NCBI GenBank assembly: GCA_964535065.1
Contig: CAZHRY010000005.1
Coordinates: 1 to 51,152, forward strand
Source of the DNA: an uncultured Actinomycetes bacterium
Lineage (GTDB): Bacteria > Actinomycetota > UBA4738 > HRBIN12
Length of the DNA stretch: 51,152 nucleotides
Direction: 5' to 3'
In this document: in pieces, positions 16,415 to 25,869 of the stretch
How the letters are laid out: every line of letters begins with the position of its first letter
Numbering within the stretch: the first letter of the stretch is position 1
Position numbers and translations under genes: made by a program
Notes under the pieces: generated by a model
Told to the model about the DNA's origin: nothing
The model's database searches: none
Seen by the model: only the letters and a program-made list of their open reading frames with translations

Positions 16415-17830
16415 TCAGCGAGAGGAGCGGAACTGCCGGGCCATCCGGAGGAAGGAGGCGGGCAGCTCGGCCCGCGCCCGCGAGCCGGCCATCGACACAA
16501 GGTAGTCCATCAGCCCGCCCGTCGAAGCTGGGTCCATGAGTGAGGCGTCCATGGCGGCACGCCTCTCGGCGCGCGACAGCAGCGGCACCTCGAAGGCCTC
16601 GTCCTCCGACACCAGCAGCGAAGGCGAGTAGATCGAGCGGCGGCCCGCGAGCGGGGCAACCTCGCTCTTGTCTGCACCCGGTAGCACGACCAGGGCGTTC
16701 GTGACCGCGCGCTCTCCCGAGGAGTCGGTGGGGTCGTTCACGACCCCCATGCCCTTGATCCACATGGTCGCCGAGCCGCCGCCGTCCAGGTTCATGGCGT
16801 ACCTGGCGCCGAGGGACTGCATGTACTTCGCCAGCGTGTTCAGGCTCATCCCCACAGACGTGCTCTTGCGCCCGTCCACGACGACCATGAGAACCTTGTT
16901 CGTCGATGTGAGACCCACAGCGGTGCGCGGGTTCTTACCGCGACAGATCCAGTCGGTGCACGTGGGATCGGTCACGACCTTGCCGGCGTCCACGAGCAGC
17001 GGCGTCCCGCCTATGACGTCCATCACGCCGGGCATGCCTATGTCCCAAGTGAGCCGGATCGCTTGGCCGGGCTTCATGGCCTTGATCCATGAGGCCCCCG
17101 TCCCCGAGAGCTTGGACGAAAGCACGACGGTGCCGTCCTTCACGGGCAGGGAAGCACTCTGGCACACGCGCGTCTCCACTTTGTAGTCGCGGTACACGCC
17201 CATCTGGTTCTTGGCCCATGTCAGCTTGCTCGACATCGAGAGCCTGACGGAACATGCGTCCGTCGGGGGCTTCTCGGCGCTGCCTCCGTAGGAGTTGTAT
17301 CCGACCACCTGGTTGGTAGCCGGCTTGTCGGTGTTCCAGGAAACCACGGGGAGCGCCTTCGCCGTTGCGAGGTTCTTCGCCGTCACGCTGACGCCCTCGT
17401 GCATGATGTAGCCCTTGGTCTCGTCACGTCGGTAACCGAAGGACGCGCCGGACCGGATCCCTGACTGCTTCAAGATCCCATCCATCGCGAACGGGTGGGT
17501 CGGGCGGCCCGGCCAGAGGCTGAAGTCCCCGTTGATCGCGGCAAGCGCCCCGGCGTTCGAGGCCATCGTGCTGGTGCGAGCCCAGTTGCCCATCTTGTTG
17601 CCGGCGGAGACCGTGTCCATGGTGACCGCCTTCGTGGGATCGACGGTAAGGACGTGGATGATCCACGGCCCAGCGGGATCCTGGATCTTCTTGTAGACCA
17701 GACCCGTAGCGATAGTCCTCGTCGTGATCTTCACGCGAGGCGAACCTGCCGCGAGCGCCTGACCAGGCGGTGCAGCCACAGATGCCAGTACGCCGAGCAC
17801 CGCTATCGCCGCCACCCTCTTAGCCCACAT
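16415..17830 (-). CDS. secreted phosphodiester glycosidase family protein (NAGPA/DUF2233 domain)
   Basis: 3' 471 codons of ORF 16415..18079(-), from ATG 17830. Signal peptide MWAKRVAAIAVLGVLASVAAPPGQALA. INGDF, PRTAVG, MVVVDGR, NLDGGGSATM. Confidence 0.8.
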   Translation of the reverse strand: MWAKRVAAIAVLGVLASVAAPPGQALAAGSPRVKITTRTIATGLVYKKIQDPAGPWIIHVLTVDPTKAVTMDTVSAGNKMGNWARTSTMASNAGALAAINGDFSLWPGRPTHPFAMDGILKQSGIRSGASFGYRRDETKGYIMHEGVSVTAKNLATAKALPVVSWNTDKPATNQVVGYNSYGGSAEKPPTDACSVRLSMSSKLTWAKNQMGVYRDYKVETRVCQSASLPVKDGTVVLSSKLSGTGASWIKAMKPGQAIRLTWDIGMPGVMDVIGGTPLLVDAGKVVTDPTCTDWICRGKNPRTAVGLTSTNKVLMVVVDGRKSTSVGMSLNTLAKYMQSLGARYAMNLDGGGSATMWIKGMGVVNDPTDSSGERAVTNALVVLPGADKSEVAPLAGRRSIYSPSLLVSEDEAFEVPLLSRAERRAAMDASLMDPASTGGLMDYLVSMAGSRARAELPASFLRMARQFRSSR

Positions 17831-17964
17831 CACTGTCCCTCTCTCGAACCACGGACCACGTCCCTCTCCTGGACTACTCATCGGCAGGAAGGGTGGGGTC
17901 CCTTGAATCGGGTATCCGGCCCACGGGCGGCCGAGAGACCCTCCGGTGGAAGGGGATGGGGGAA

Positions 17965-18450
17965 CTACCAGCGAGCGTCCAAGGCGCCCAACGCTTCCGC
18001 GCCGGTGCACACGGAACCGACCCCGTAGGAGACCTCGAGCAAGGACTCGCTCGTCGCTTCGAGGCGCAGGAAGAAGCACGCACCATCGCCGGCTCGAACA
18101 GCTGCAGCCCAGACTTTCTCGTCTGCGGAGACGCTCAGGTCGTCCAGTCCGGTGGAGGGCTCCTGTGGCCCGCGGAACGTCAGCGGGGAGGCCGAGTCCG
18201 ACAGCGCCGCAGCGCCCGCCTGCGCGAAGGAACCGGTCTCGGCCCAGACCTCCTCGGCGGCAGTCTGCCCCGCGCGCAGGCTCGCCTGCGCGTGCCCGAT
18301 ATTGTCCTTGATCCCCCTGTTCGCCCAGATGGCAACCACGAGCACGATCGATACGGCCCCGAGCGCGCCAACGATCAGCCAGAAGCCGCCTCGACGAGCC
18401 GGAGGCAGCGCGGAGGACGGTTCCGCGGACGTACCCGCGACCTCAGGCAC
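17965..18450 (-). CDS. hypothetical single-pass membrane protein with a pilin-like C-terminal domain (paralogue of 25851..26390)
   Basis: ORF 17965..18450(-). The GTG start overlaps the coxE stop by 8 nt. ARRGG followed by the hydrophobic FWLIVGALGAVSIVLVVAIWA. The C-terminal domain shares collinear motifs and 2 Cys with the 25851..26390 product. Confidence 0.6.
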   Translation of the reverse strand: MPEVAGTSAEPSSALPPARRGGFWLIVGALGAVSIVLVVAIWANRGIKDNIGHAQASLRAGQTAAEEVWAETGSFAQAGAAALSDSASPLTFRGPQEPSTGLDDLSVSADEKVWAAAVRAGDGACFFLRLEATSESLLEVSYGVGSVCTGAEALGALDARW

Positions 18451-19597
18451 CCAGCGCCTCCCCCAGTTCTTCGAGGCTCTCCAAGTTGTGCCCGGAGAGG
18501 AAGACGTCGACGCTCGGCAGCGCCGCCGCCATCCCGCGCGCCAGGGGCTGGTACCGGGGCGACCCCTTCAAGGGATTGGCCCACACCAGCCGGAAGACCA
18601 GTCTCCGTAGGCGAACCATCTGGGAACGCAACAGGTCGGGATCGCCCCGCTCCAGGCCGTCAGAGCACAGCACCACGACCGCTCCGCGCAGAGCGGCTCG
18701 CTGGCTCCAGCCGTCCAGCAGGGTCTTCAGCGACTCGCCGATCCGTGTCCCGCCCTCCCAGTCGCCGACGAGGCGACCGATCTCGTGGAGCGCGCGGTCC
18801 GGATCCTTCGTCCGCAGCGTCCGCGTGACGCGCGTGAGGCGCGTTCCGAAACAGAAGACCTCGACGCGACGTCCAGCCGCCATCGCCGCGTACCCGAACT
18901 GCAGGAGGGCACGCGAGTAGGGTGCCATCGACCCGCTGACATCCAGGATCAAGACGAGCGGCCGCGTGCGCGAGCGGCGATCCCGCCACGCGCGCTCGAA
19001 CGGCTCCCCCTGCGTTCGGAGCGACCTGCGCAGCGTTCGCCGGATGTCGAACGCCTGCCCTTTCGCTGATGGATGCGTCCGCCTGGTCCGACGGATCGGC
19101 ACGGCCAGGGTCAGACGCCGGATCATCCTCGCCACCCGGGCGCGCTCTTCGTCGGTCAGGTCGGCGAACGACTTGGACCTGAGGATCTCGGTTGCGCTAG
19201 CGACGACCCTCAGTGTCACCTCGCCTCCCGGGCCCGGCTCCTCCCCGTCACCGGGCACCATCGACGGCGCCATGCGCCCGACCTCGCCACCTCCCGTCAG
19301 CTCCTCGAGGTCGCCCGAGAACGGCAGGTCGAGGTGGAGGGTCAGATCCTCCGGATCCGGGGCCATGCTTCGGTACCACTCGTCGAAGGCGAGGTCGTAG
19401 ACATCGATGTCATCGCGGCTGGCCACGAGCGAGGCTCGACCCGCCCAGTAGAGATCGTCCCGCCCCGCGACGCCGAGCGCCGCCACGGCGCGGCAGAACG
19501 TGAGGATGCGTCCCGTCCCCACGGGAAGGTCCCGAGCGCGCAGTCCGCGCCCGAAGGCGATCAACGCATCGAGGGGACCTCGAGCAGGCTCACCCAT
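18443..19597 (-). CDS. coxE: VWA domain protein, CoxE-like
   Basis: ORF 18443..19597(-). MIDAS-type DVSGSM (LVLILDVSGSMAPY), C-terminal VVLCSDGLERGD and WANPL. Overlaps coxD by 8 nt. Confidence 0.85.
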   Translation of the reverse strand: MGEPARGPLDALIAFGRGLRARDLPVGTGRILTFCRAVAALGVAGRDDLYWAGRASLVASRDDIDVYDLAFDEWYRSMAPDPEDLTLHLDLPFSGDLEELTGGGEVGRMAPSMVPGDGEEPGPGGEVTLRVVASATEILRSKSFADLTDEERARVARMIRRLTLAVPIRRTRRTHPSAKGQAFDIRRTLRRSLRTQGEPFERAWRDRRSRTRPLVLILDVSGSMAPYSRALLQFGYAAMAAGRRVEVFCFGTRLTRVTRTLRTKDPDRALHEIGRLVGDWEGGTRIGESLKTLLDGWSQRAALRGAVVVLCSDGLERGDPDLLRSQMVRLRRLVFRLVWANPLKGSPRYQPLARGMAAALPSVDVFLSGHNLESLEELGEALGA

Positions 19598-20459
19598 CTT
19601 GCGCGACCACCTCGGCGAGCCTGGCGGACACGAGTTGCTTGTCCTCGTGGTCCTTCACGACGGCCCCGAGCGTGTCGGTCGCGAGCTGGGCGGTGAGGCG
19701 TTCGGCGCCGAGGAAGGCGAGGGCGTTCGCCCAGTCGATGGTCTCGGCAACGCCGGGGGTCTTGGCCAGGTCCAGTCCTCTCAGGCGTTCGACGGCGACG
19801 GCGACGTCGCGGGCAAGCGCGGCGCCGACGTGCGGCGCGCGAGCCCGCACGATCTCCACCTCCCTATCCAGGTCGGGGTGATCGATCCAGTGATAGAGGC
19901 ATCTGCGCTTCAGCGCGTCGTGCAACTCTCGCGTCCTGTTGGACGTGACGATGACGGCGGGTGGCGACTCGGCCGCGACCCTGCCGATCTCGGGGATGGT
20001 CACGGCGAATTCGGAGAGGATCTCGAGCAGGAAGGCTTCGAACTCATCGTCGGCACGGTCCAGCTCATCCACGAGGAGAACGGCGCCGTCACCGGCACGT
20101 ATCGCGGCCAGCAGCGGCCGTTCGACGAGGAACTCCGGGCCGAACAGATCCTGGACGTGCTGCTCAGCATCGGCCGCGTCCATGGCTCTCACCGCGATCA
20201 GCTGCCTCGAGTAGTTCCACTCGTAGAGGGCCTGGGCCGCATCGATCCCCTCGTAGCACTGCAGCCGGATCAGCTCGCGATCCAGCAGCGAGGCCAGCAC
20301 CTTGGCGACCTCGGTCTTGCCGACGCCGGCCTCGCCCTCAAGGAGGAGGGGTTTGCCCAGCGACAAAGCCAGGTAGATGGCCGTCGCCAGTCCCCGGTCG
20401 GCTAGGTAGGCCTGGTCTCGGAGCGACCCCTGCAGCTCTTCTACCGATACGAACGGCAT
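19590..20459 (-). CDS. coxD: MoxR-family AAA+ ATPase, CoxD-like
   Basis: ORF 19590..20459(-). Walker A GEAGVGKT, Walker B LLVDELDRA, and TSNRTRELHDALKRRC sensor region. Confidence 0.9.
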   Translation of the reverse strand: MPFVSVEELQGSLRDQAYLADRGLATAIYLALSLGKPLLLEGEAGVGKTEVAKVLASLLDRELIRLQCYEGIDAAQALYEWNYSRQLIAVRAMDAADAEQHVQDLFGPEFLVERPLLAAIRAGDGAVLLVDELDRADDEFEAFLLEILSEFAVTIPEIGRVAAESPPAVIVTSNRTRELHDALKRRCLYHWIDHPDLDREVEIVRARAPHVGAALARDVAVAVERLRGLDLAKTPGVAETIDWANALAFLGAERLTAQLATDTLGAVVKDHEDKQLVSARLAEVVAQDG

Positions 20460-20484
20460 GGACCAAGCGTATCGAGCGGTGCGC

Positions 20485-21327
20485 TCAGGTGCTCTCGGGC
20501 CCTGGAGCCGCCACGGGAGGCACGCGGATCCCGGCCTCGGCCGCGCGCGCGGCTATCCGTTCTCTGAGCCGCCGCTCCACGTCCATGCGGTGGTTCGGTT
20601 GGGTCTCGGCTACGACCCGGATGACCTGCGCGACATCCGTCAGCTGGGTCACCCCGAGCACCTGCGGGCGTTCGCGGAGCCATACGTCGAACGGCTCCTC
20701 AGTGGAGAGCGTTCCGAAGAGCTCCTCAAGCGTGCTACGGACCTTCGACGTGTCCTCCGATAGGGCGACCCTGACGTCCACGATCGCACGGCCCCAGCCG
20801 CGCGTCTTGTTCGAGGTCACCTGGATCGACCCGTTGGGAACCGTAGACAGCGTGCCGTCGAACTGACGGAGGGTGGTGACGCGCAGGCTGAGGCCCTCGA
20901 CGGTGCCGGCGACCGGGCCGCCCTCGGTCTGCAGCTCCACGATGTCACCGAGATCGAACTGTCCCTCAAGCGCAAGGAAGAGACCGGCGAGGGTGTCCTT
21001 CACGAGCGTCTGAGCACCGAACCCGAGCGCCACGCCGGCTATGCCCGCGCTTGCGAGCAGCGGTCCGAGCGGCACCTCGAAGTAGATCAGGACCACGAGC
21101 ACGGCTGCCAGCCACGCCAGCACCTGGAGCGTGCCGATGACCAAGCCCGCCACCGTCGAGAGCCTGCGCAGACGTCTGCCCACGCCCTGGTCGTCCGCCG
21201 CCTCCTTTGCCTTGCGCCGGAGCCGGTGAACGTACCGGCGGCCCCCGGCCGACACGGCCAGGGCCACGATCAGAGCGGACCCCACCTGTAGTGAGAAGCT
21301 CGGGAGGTGGAAGACCTTCGCCAGCAC
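20485..21327 (-). CDS. mechanosensitive ion channel family protein (MscS-like)
   Basis: ORF 20485..21327(-), GTG start. Three N-terminal TM helices, then GFGAQTLVKDTLAGLFLALEGQFDLGDIVEL and a beta-domain. Confidence 0.85.
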   Translation of the reverse strand: MLAKVFHLPSFSLQVGSALIVALAVSAGGRRYVHRLRRKAKEAADDQGVGRRLRRLSTVAGLVIGTLQVLAWLAAVLVVLIYFEVPLGPLLASAGIAGVALGFGAQTLVKDTLAGLFLALEGQFDLGDIVELQTEGGPVAGTVEGLSLRVTTLRQFDGTLSTVPNGSIQVTSNKTRGWGRAIVDVRVALSEDTSKVRSTLEELFGTLSTEEPFDVWLRERPQVLGVTQLTDVAQVIRVVAETQPNHRMDVERRLRERIAARAAEAGIRVPPVAAPGPEST

Positions 21328-21347
21328 CTCGCGACCTTATCAGCCGC

Positions 21348-22166
21348 TCAGCCCATCGCTTCTTCGAGCGCCCGCTTCACTAGAACCTTGACCAGTTCCT
21401 GCCGGTACTCGGCGCTTCCGAACGCGTCCGACGGCGGTGCGGTGCCCTCGGCGGCCCTCGCCGCGGCAGTGGCCGGATCGGCGCCTCCGCTCACGGCCTC
21501 CTCCACGCCCGAGGCGCGCATCGGCGTCAGGCCCATGTTGGTCAGCGCGACGCTCACGCCGCCGTTGGAGCGAACGGCCGCTACCCCGACCAGCGCCCAA
21601 TCCTGGGCGCGACGGCTGAACTTGAGGTAGCTCCACCCGGCCTCGGACCTGGGCACACGGATCTCGGTCAGCACCTCGTCCGCGGCTAGGGCGGTCTGGA
21701 ACAGCGACGTGAAGAAGTCCGAAGCCGCGATCGTCCGCGTGCCACCCGGACCCGTGGCGACCATCTCGGCGCCGAGCGCCAGCAGCACGGACGGCATGTC
21801 GCCTGCCGGGTCACCGTGCGCGATGGAGCCGCCGATCGTCCCCATGTGGCGCACCTGTGGGTCGCCGATCTGACCGGCCGCATACGCCACTATGGGGCAC
21901 GCGGTGCCGAGAACCTCGCTCACGGACACCTCGTGATGGCGCGTGAGCGCCCCGATGGCGACCCGGTCGCCGTCCTCGCGTATGTAAGCCAGGTCGCGCA
22001 GCCGGCCGATGTCCACCAGCAAGGACGGCCGCGCGACGCGGAGCTTCATCGCAGGAAGCAACGAATGCCCCCCGGCGAGCAGCTTCGCATCCTCGCGCGA
22101 TCCAAGGAGCGATATCGCCTCCTCGGTTGAACCGGCTCGTGCGTAGTCGAACGGCGCGGGGATCAT
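21348..22166 (-). CDS. coxM: molybdenum hydroxylase FAD-binding (medium) subunit, CoxM/CutM-like
   Basis: ORF 21348..22166(-). LLAGGHSLLP and TIGGSIAHGDPAGD. Overlaps the coxL stop by 4 nt. Confidence 0.9.
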   Translation of the reverse strand: MIPAPFDYARAGSTEEAISLLGSREDAKLLAGGHSLLPAMKLRVARPSLLVDIGRLRDLAYIREDGDRVAIGALTRHHEVSVSEVLGTACPIVAYAAGQIGDPQVRHMGTIGGSIAHGDPAGDMPSVLLALGAEMVATGPGGTRTIAASDFFTSLFQTALAADEVLTEIRVPRSEAGWSYLKFSRRAQDWALVGVAAVRSNGGVSVALTNMGLTPMRASGVEEAVSGGADPATAAARAAEGTAPPSDAFGSAEYRQELVKVLVKRALEEAMG

Positions 22167-24523
22167 GCCGCACCTCCTCGTGCGTCTCGGATAGCTCGCC
22201 AGACCCGCTCCGGCGACGCCGGTTTGCCGACATCGGTGACACCGAGGTGCGACACGGCGTCGATGACCGCGTTGATCACGGTCGGCGGCGCTGCGATGGT
22301 GCCTGCCTCGCCTATCCCCTTCACACCGAGCGGGTTGGTCGAAGACGGCGTCTGTTGCGAGGCGTCCGTGTCCATGTGCGGTATCTCGGCTGCCGTCGGA
22401 ACCAGGTACTGGGTCATGTTGGATGTGACGAGGTTGCCCGACTCGTCGTACAGCGCCTCCTCGTAGAGCGCCTCCGCGATCCCCTGGGCCACCCCGCCGT
22501 GGACCTGCCCCTCGACGATCATGGGGTTGATGACCGTTCCGCAGTCGTCAACGGCGACGTACCTGAGGATCTGCGTTTCGCCCGTCTCGGTGTCCACCTC
22601 GACCACGCACACGTGCGCGCCCGCCGGCCAGGTGAAGTTGGGCGGGTCGTACACGGCGGTCGCGTTCAGGTGTGGCTCGGTCCCGGCAGGCAGGTCGTGC
22701 GCGTGCCACGCCGACACCGCCAGCTCGGGGATCGTGCGCGCCTTGTCTGGAGCTCCTTTCACTCGCCAAGCGCCGTCTGCCCACTCGAGGTCGTCGCCCG
22801 AGACCTCCAACTCGTGAGCGGCGATCGTCCTCCCCTTCTCCTTGATCTTCTCCATCGCGAAGTGAAGGGCGACGCCACCCACCGACAGCGACCTCGATCC
22901 ATAGGTGTCCATCCCGAGGGGCGTCACCTGGGTGTCGCCGTGCAGAACGGTCACGGCGTCCGGATCGACGCCCAGGCCATCGGCGACGATCTGCGACCAC
23001 GACGTCTCGTGCCCCTGGCCGTGCGGGGACGTGCCGGTCTTGACGACGATCTCACCCGACGGCAGGCACTCGATCGTGGCGCCGTCCCAACCGCCCGCGG
23101 CGTAGCGAAGGGCGCCCAGGATGTTGGAAGGCGCCAACCCGCACATCTCGATATAGGTGGTCACGCCTATGCCCAGCTGCCTGACATCGCCGCTGTCCCG
23201 GCGCGCGGCCTGCTCCTTGCGGAGCTGCTCGTACCCGGCGGTCTCGAGAGCCTTGTCGAGCAGCGGCTCGTAGTTGCCCGAGTCCACCGAGAGCCCCGAC
23301 GCGAACGCGGTAGCTTCGGAGAAGGGCGGGTGCAGGTTGATGCGCCTGACCTCCGCAGGGTCCTTGCCGATGCGCCTGGCGAACGCATCCACGATGCGTT
23401 CCACCACGTACGTGGCCTCCGGCCTTCCGGCTCCCCGGTATGCGTCCGTCGGCGTCTTGTTCGTGAGCACGCCCTTGAACTCGAACCAGTAGGCATCGGG
23501 AGCATAGGGGCCCATGTAGACCCAACCGCCCAACTCCGGGATGCCGGGCGTGAGCAGCTGGTAGTAGGCGCCGAGGTCCGCCATCTCGACGAACTTCAGG
23601 CCGAGGATCTTGCCGTCCTCCGTGCCTGCCAGCGTGCAGTCGTGCGTAACTCCTCGCCCATGGATCGTGGCGACGTAGTTCTCGCCCCTTGCCTCGATCC
23701 ACTTCACGGGCCGGCCCAGCTTGCGAGCGAGCGAGAGGGCGATGGCCTCCTCCGCGTAGACGTTCAGCTTGGAGCCGAAGCCTCCTCCGACGTCCGGCGC
23801 GATCACCCTCAGCTTCTGCTCGGGTATGCCGCACGTCCCTGCGAGCGTCACCTTCACGATGTGAGGGATCTGCGTGGCTGAGACGAGCGTCCATTCGTCC
23901 ATGGCGGCCACGCCGTAAGCGAGGCACCCGCGCGGCTCCATAGCGTTCGGGATCAGCCTGGGCTGGTGGTATCGCTCCTGCACGATGACCGGTGCCGTCT
24001 CGAAGACCGACTGATCGCCGCCCCCGCCGTGGCTCCAGTGAACGGTGACGTTGGTGCCGAGCTCGTCGTGGATCAGGGGCGCGCCGTCGGCCATGGCGTC
24101 TTCCATGTCCAAGACGGCAGGGAGCGGCGTGGCATCCACTTTCACCCTTTCGGCAGCGTCTGCCGCCTGCGCGCGTGTTTCGGCCACGACGACGGCAGCC
24201 GCATCACCTGCGAAACGGATCTTGTCCTTCGTCAGAGGAAGGTGCGAGGGGATCTTGATGTCCTCGGTGATCGGCCAGACGAACGGCAGACCGCCGACAT
24301 CCAAGTCATCCGCCGTGAAGACGCCGAGCACACCCGGCATCGTCTTTGCGGCCGAGGTATCGATGCTGTTGAGCCTGGCGTGGACGAAGGGCGGGCGGAC
24401 CATCGACATCCACACCATCTGCGGCATCGTCCAGTTGTCGATGTAGCCGGCTTGACCGGCGAGCAGCTTGGGGTCCTCCTTGCGAAGCACCTCGCGACCG
24501 ACGAACCTCTCGGTGGCAACCAT
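22163..24523 (-). CDS. coxL: molybdenum hydroxylase large (molybdopterin) subunit, form II CoxL-like
   Basis: ORF 22163..24523(-), 786 aa. GGGFGSK motif. The active-site loop reads TDAYRGAGRPEA (AYRGAGR, the form II signature), not the form I AYxCSFR. Confidence 0.9.
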   Translation of the reverse strand: MVATERFVGREVLRKEDPKLLAGQAGYIDNWTMPQMVWMSMVRPPFVHARLNSIDTSAAKTMPGVLGVFTADDLDVGGLPFVWPITEDIKIPSHLPLTKDKIRFAGDAAAVVVAETRAQAADAAERVKVDATPLPAVLDMEDAMADGAPLIHDELGTNVTVHWSHGGGGDQSVFETAPVIVQERYHQPRLIPNAMEPRGCLAYGVAAMDEWTLVSATQIPHIVKVTLAGTCGIPEQKLRVIAPDVGGGFGSKLNVYAEEAIALSLARKLGRPVKWIEARGENYVATIHGRGVTHDCTLAGTEDGKILGLKFVEMADLGAYYQLLTPGIPELGGWVYMGPYAPDAYWFEFKGVLTNKTPTDAYRGAGRPEATYVVERIVDAFARRIGKDPAEVRRINLHPPFSEATAFASGLSVDSGNYEPLLDKALETAGYEQLRKEQAARRDSGDVRQLGIGVTTYIEMCGLAPSNILGALRYAAGGWDGATIECLPSGEIVVKTGTSPHGQGHETSWSQIVADGLGVDPDAVTVLHGDTQVTPLGMDTYGSRSLSVGGVALHFAMEKIKEKGRTIAAHELEVSGDDLEWADGAWRVKGAPDKARTIPELAVSAWHAHDLPAGTEPHLNATAVYDPPNFTWPAGAHVCVVEVDTETGETQILRYVAVDDCGTVINPMIVEGQVHGGVAQGIAEALYEEALYDESGNLVTSNMTQYLVPTAAEIPHMDTDASQQTPSSTNPLGVKGIGEAGTIAAPPTVINAVIDAVSHLGVTDVGKPASPERVWRAIRDARGGAA

Positions 24524-24536
24524 CGATCCTCCCCTC

Positions 24537-25010
<474 letters not shown>

Positions 25011-25227
25011 GGAAGCCCCCTTTCCGCGTTCGGGAGTCGTTCTCGGAAGGCTTCGGAGCGTAGTACGAACGATGCCGGAGCGCGACCTCGGGTTCGGCGC
25101 GCTGCCGTGGGTGCGTGGATCGACTCACCGGCGCCCGCGGGCTGACGGTCAAACGTGTGTTCGGGGTGCAGCTCGGCTCGCGACGGTTCGCGCGCTACAG
25201 CCGGGATCGACGCGTTGAGCCCGTCTC

Positions 25228-25869
25228 ATGCTGGGAATGAGCCCCTTGCGAGGCTACGCTCGGCCGATGGGCGACGAGCAGGGTGGGGTCGCCGAGCCCG
25301 GTGGGACCACGCCAGCGAAGGGAGCGCAGCCTCCGATCTGGGTTTGGGTCGTCGTGGGTGTGGCTCTGCTGGCAGCCACCTGGTGGCTGTTCCCCGAAGG
25401 CGAGCAGCCTCCGGGCCCCCCGTCGGCCGGCGGGGCGACCAACACCGCCGCGGCTACCGGTACCCCCGCGGAGATCACGAGCTCACCCGTCGTCGAGGGC
25501 CTCCAGATCGAGGTGGCGGCTCAGGCGGTGCTGGTGAAGTACCAGGGAGAGATCGAGGCGTTGATCTGCGAGTTCGAGCTGATGGGAACGAGTGGCTTCT
25601 CGGCCCGGAAGCTGCTGGACGGCTCACTCTCCCACAGGATCGAGATCGTGGCCAGCGATGGCGACGGCCCGCTCTCCGAGTACGACGACCTGCGTTTCGG
25701 AGACGAGACCACCGACGGTGAGGTGTTTCACGGAGTCGGCGACGGGATCCGGCTGTATGAGTCGATCATGCTGAGTGAGAAGGACCCGTTCAGCTGCGAG
25801 TTGATCAGAGCGACGGTCGACGGTGAGCCCGTGGAGGTGATCGGGACCACTCAGGTGACCGCCGAGTGA
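25228..25869 (+). CDS. hypothetical membrane-anchored protein
   Basis: ORF 25228..25869(+). One TM helix (IWVWVVVGVALLAATWWLF), a Pro/Gly/Thr linker, then an acidic domain of about 130 aa that I cannot classify. Third-position GC looks coding. Start uncertain (ATG 25228, 25237 or 25267). Confidence 0.5.
   Translation: MLGMSPLRGYARPMGDEQGGVAEPGGTTPAKGAQPPIWVWVVVGVALLAATWWLFPEGEQPPGPPSAGGATNTAAATGTPAEITSSPVVEGLQIEVAAQAVLVKYQGEIEALICEFELMGTSGFSARKLLDGSLSHRIEIVASDGDGPLSEYDDLRFGDETTDGEVFHGVGDGIRLYESIMLSEKDPFSCELIRATVDGEPVEVIGTTQVTAE

Noticed and set aside
18443-20459. MoxR ATPase plus VWA pair as a stand-alone defence or chaperone system
   Set aside because: They sit in the canonical CoxD/CoxE position of a cox cluster, overlapping each other and the flanking cox-associated genes. 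That context explains them.
22127-23881. 584-aa plus-strand ORF (and 23966..24667(+), 23052..23927(-))
   Set aside because: It overlaps the 786-aa CoxL frame, which has GGGFG and AYRGAGR motifs. The shadow frames are R/G/D/H-rich.
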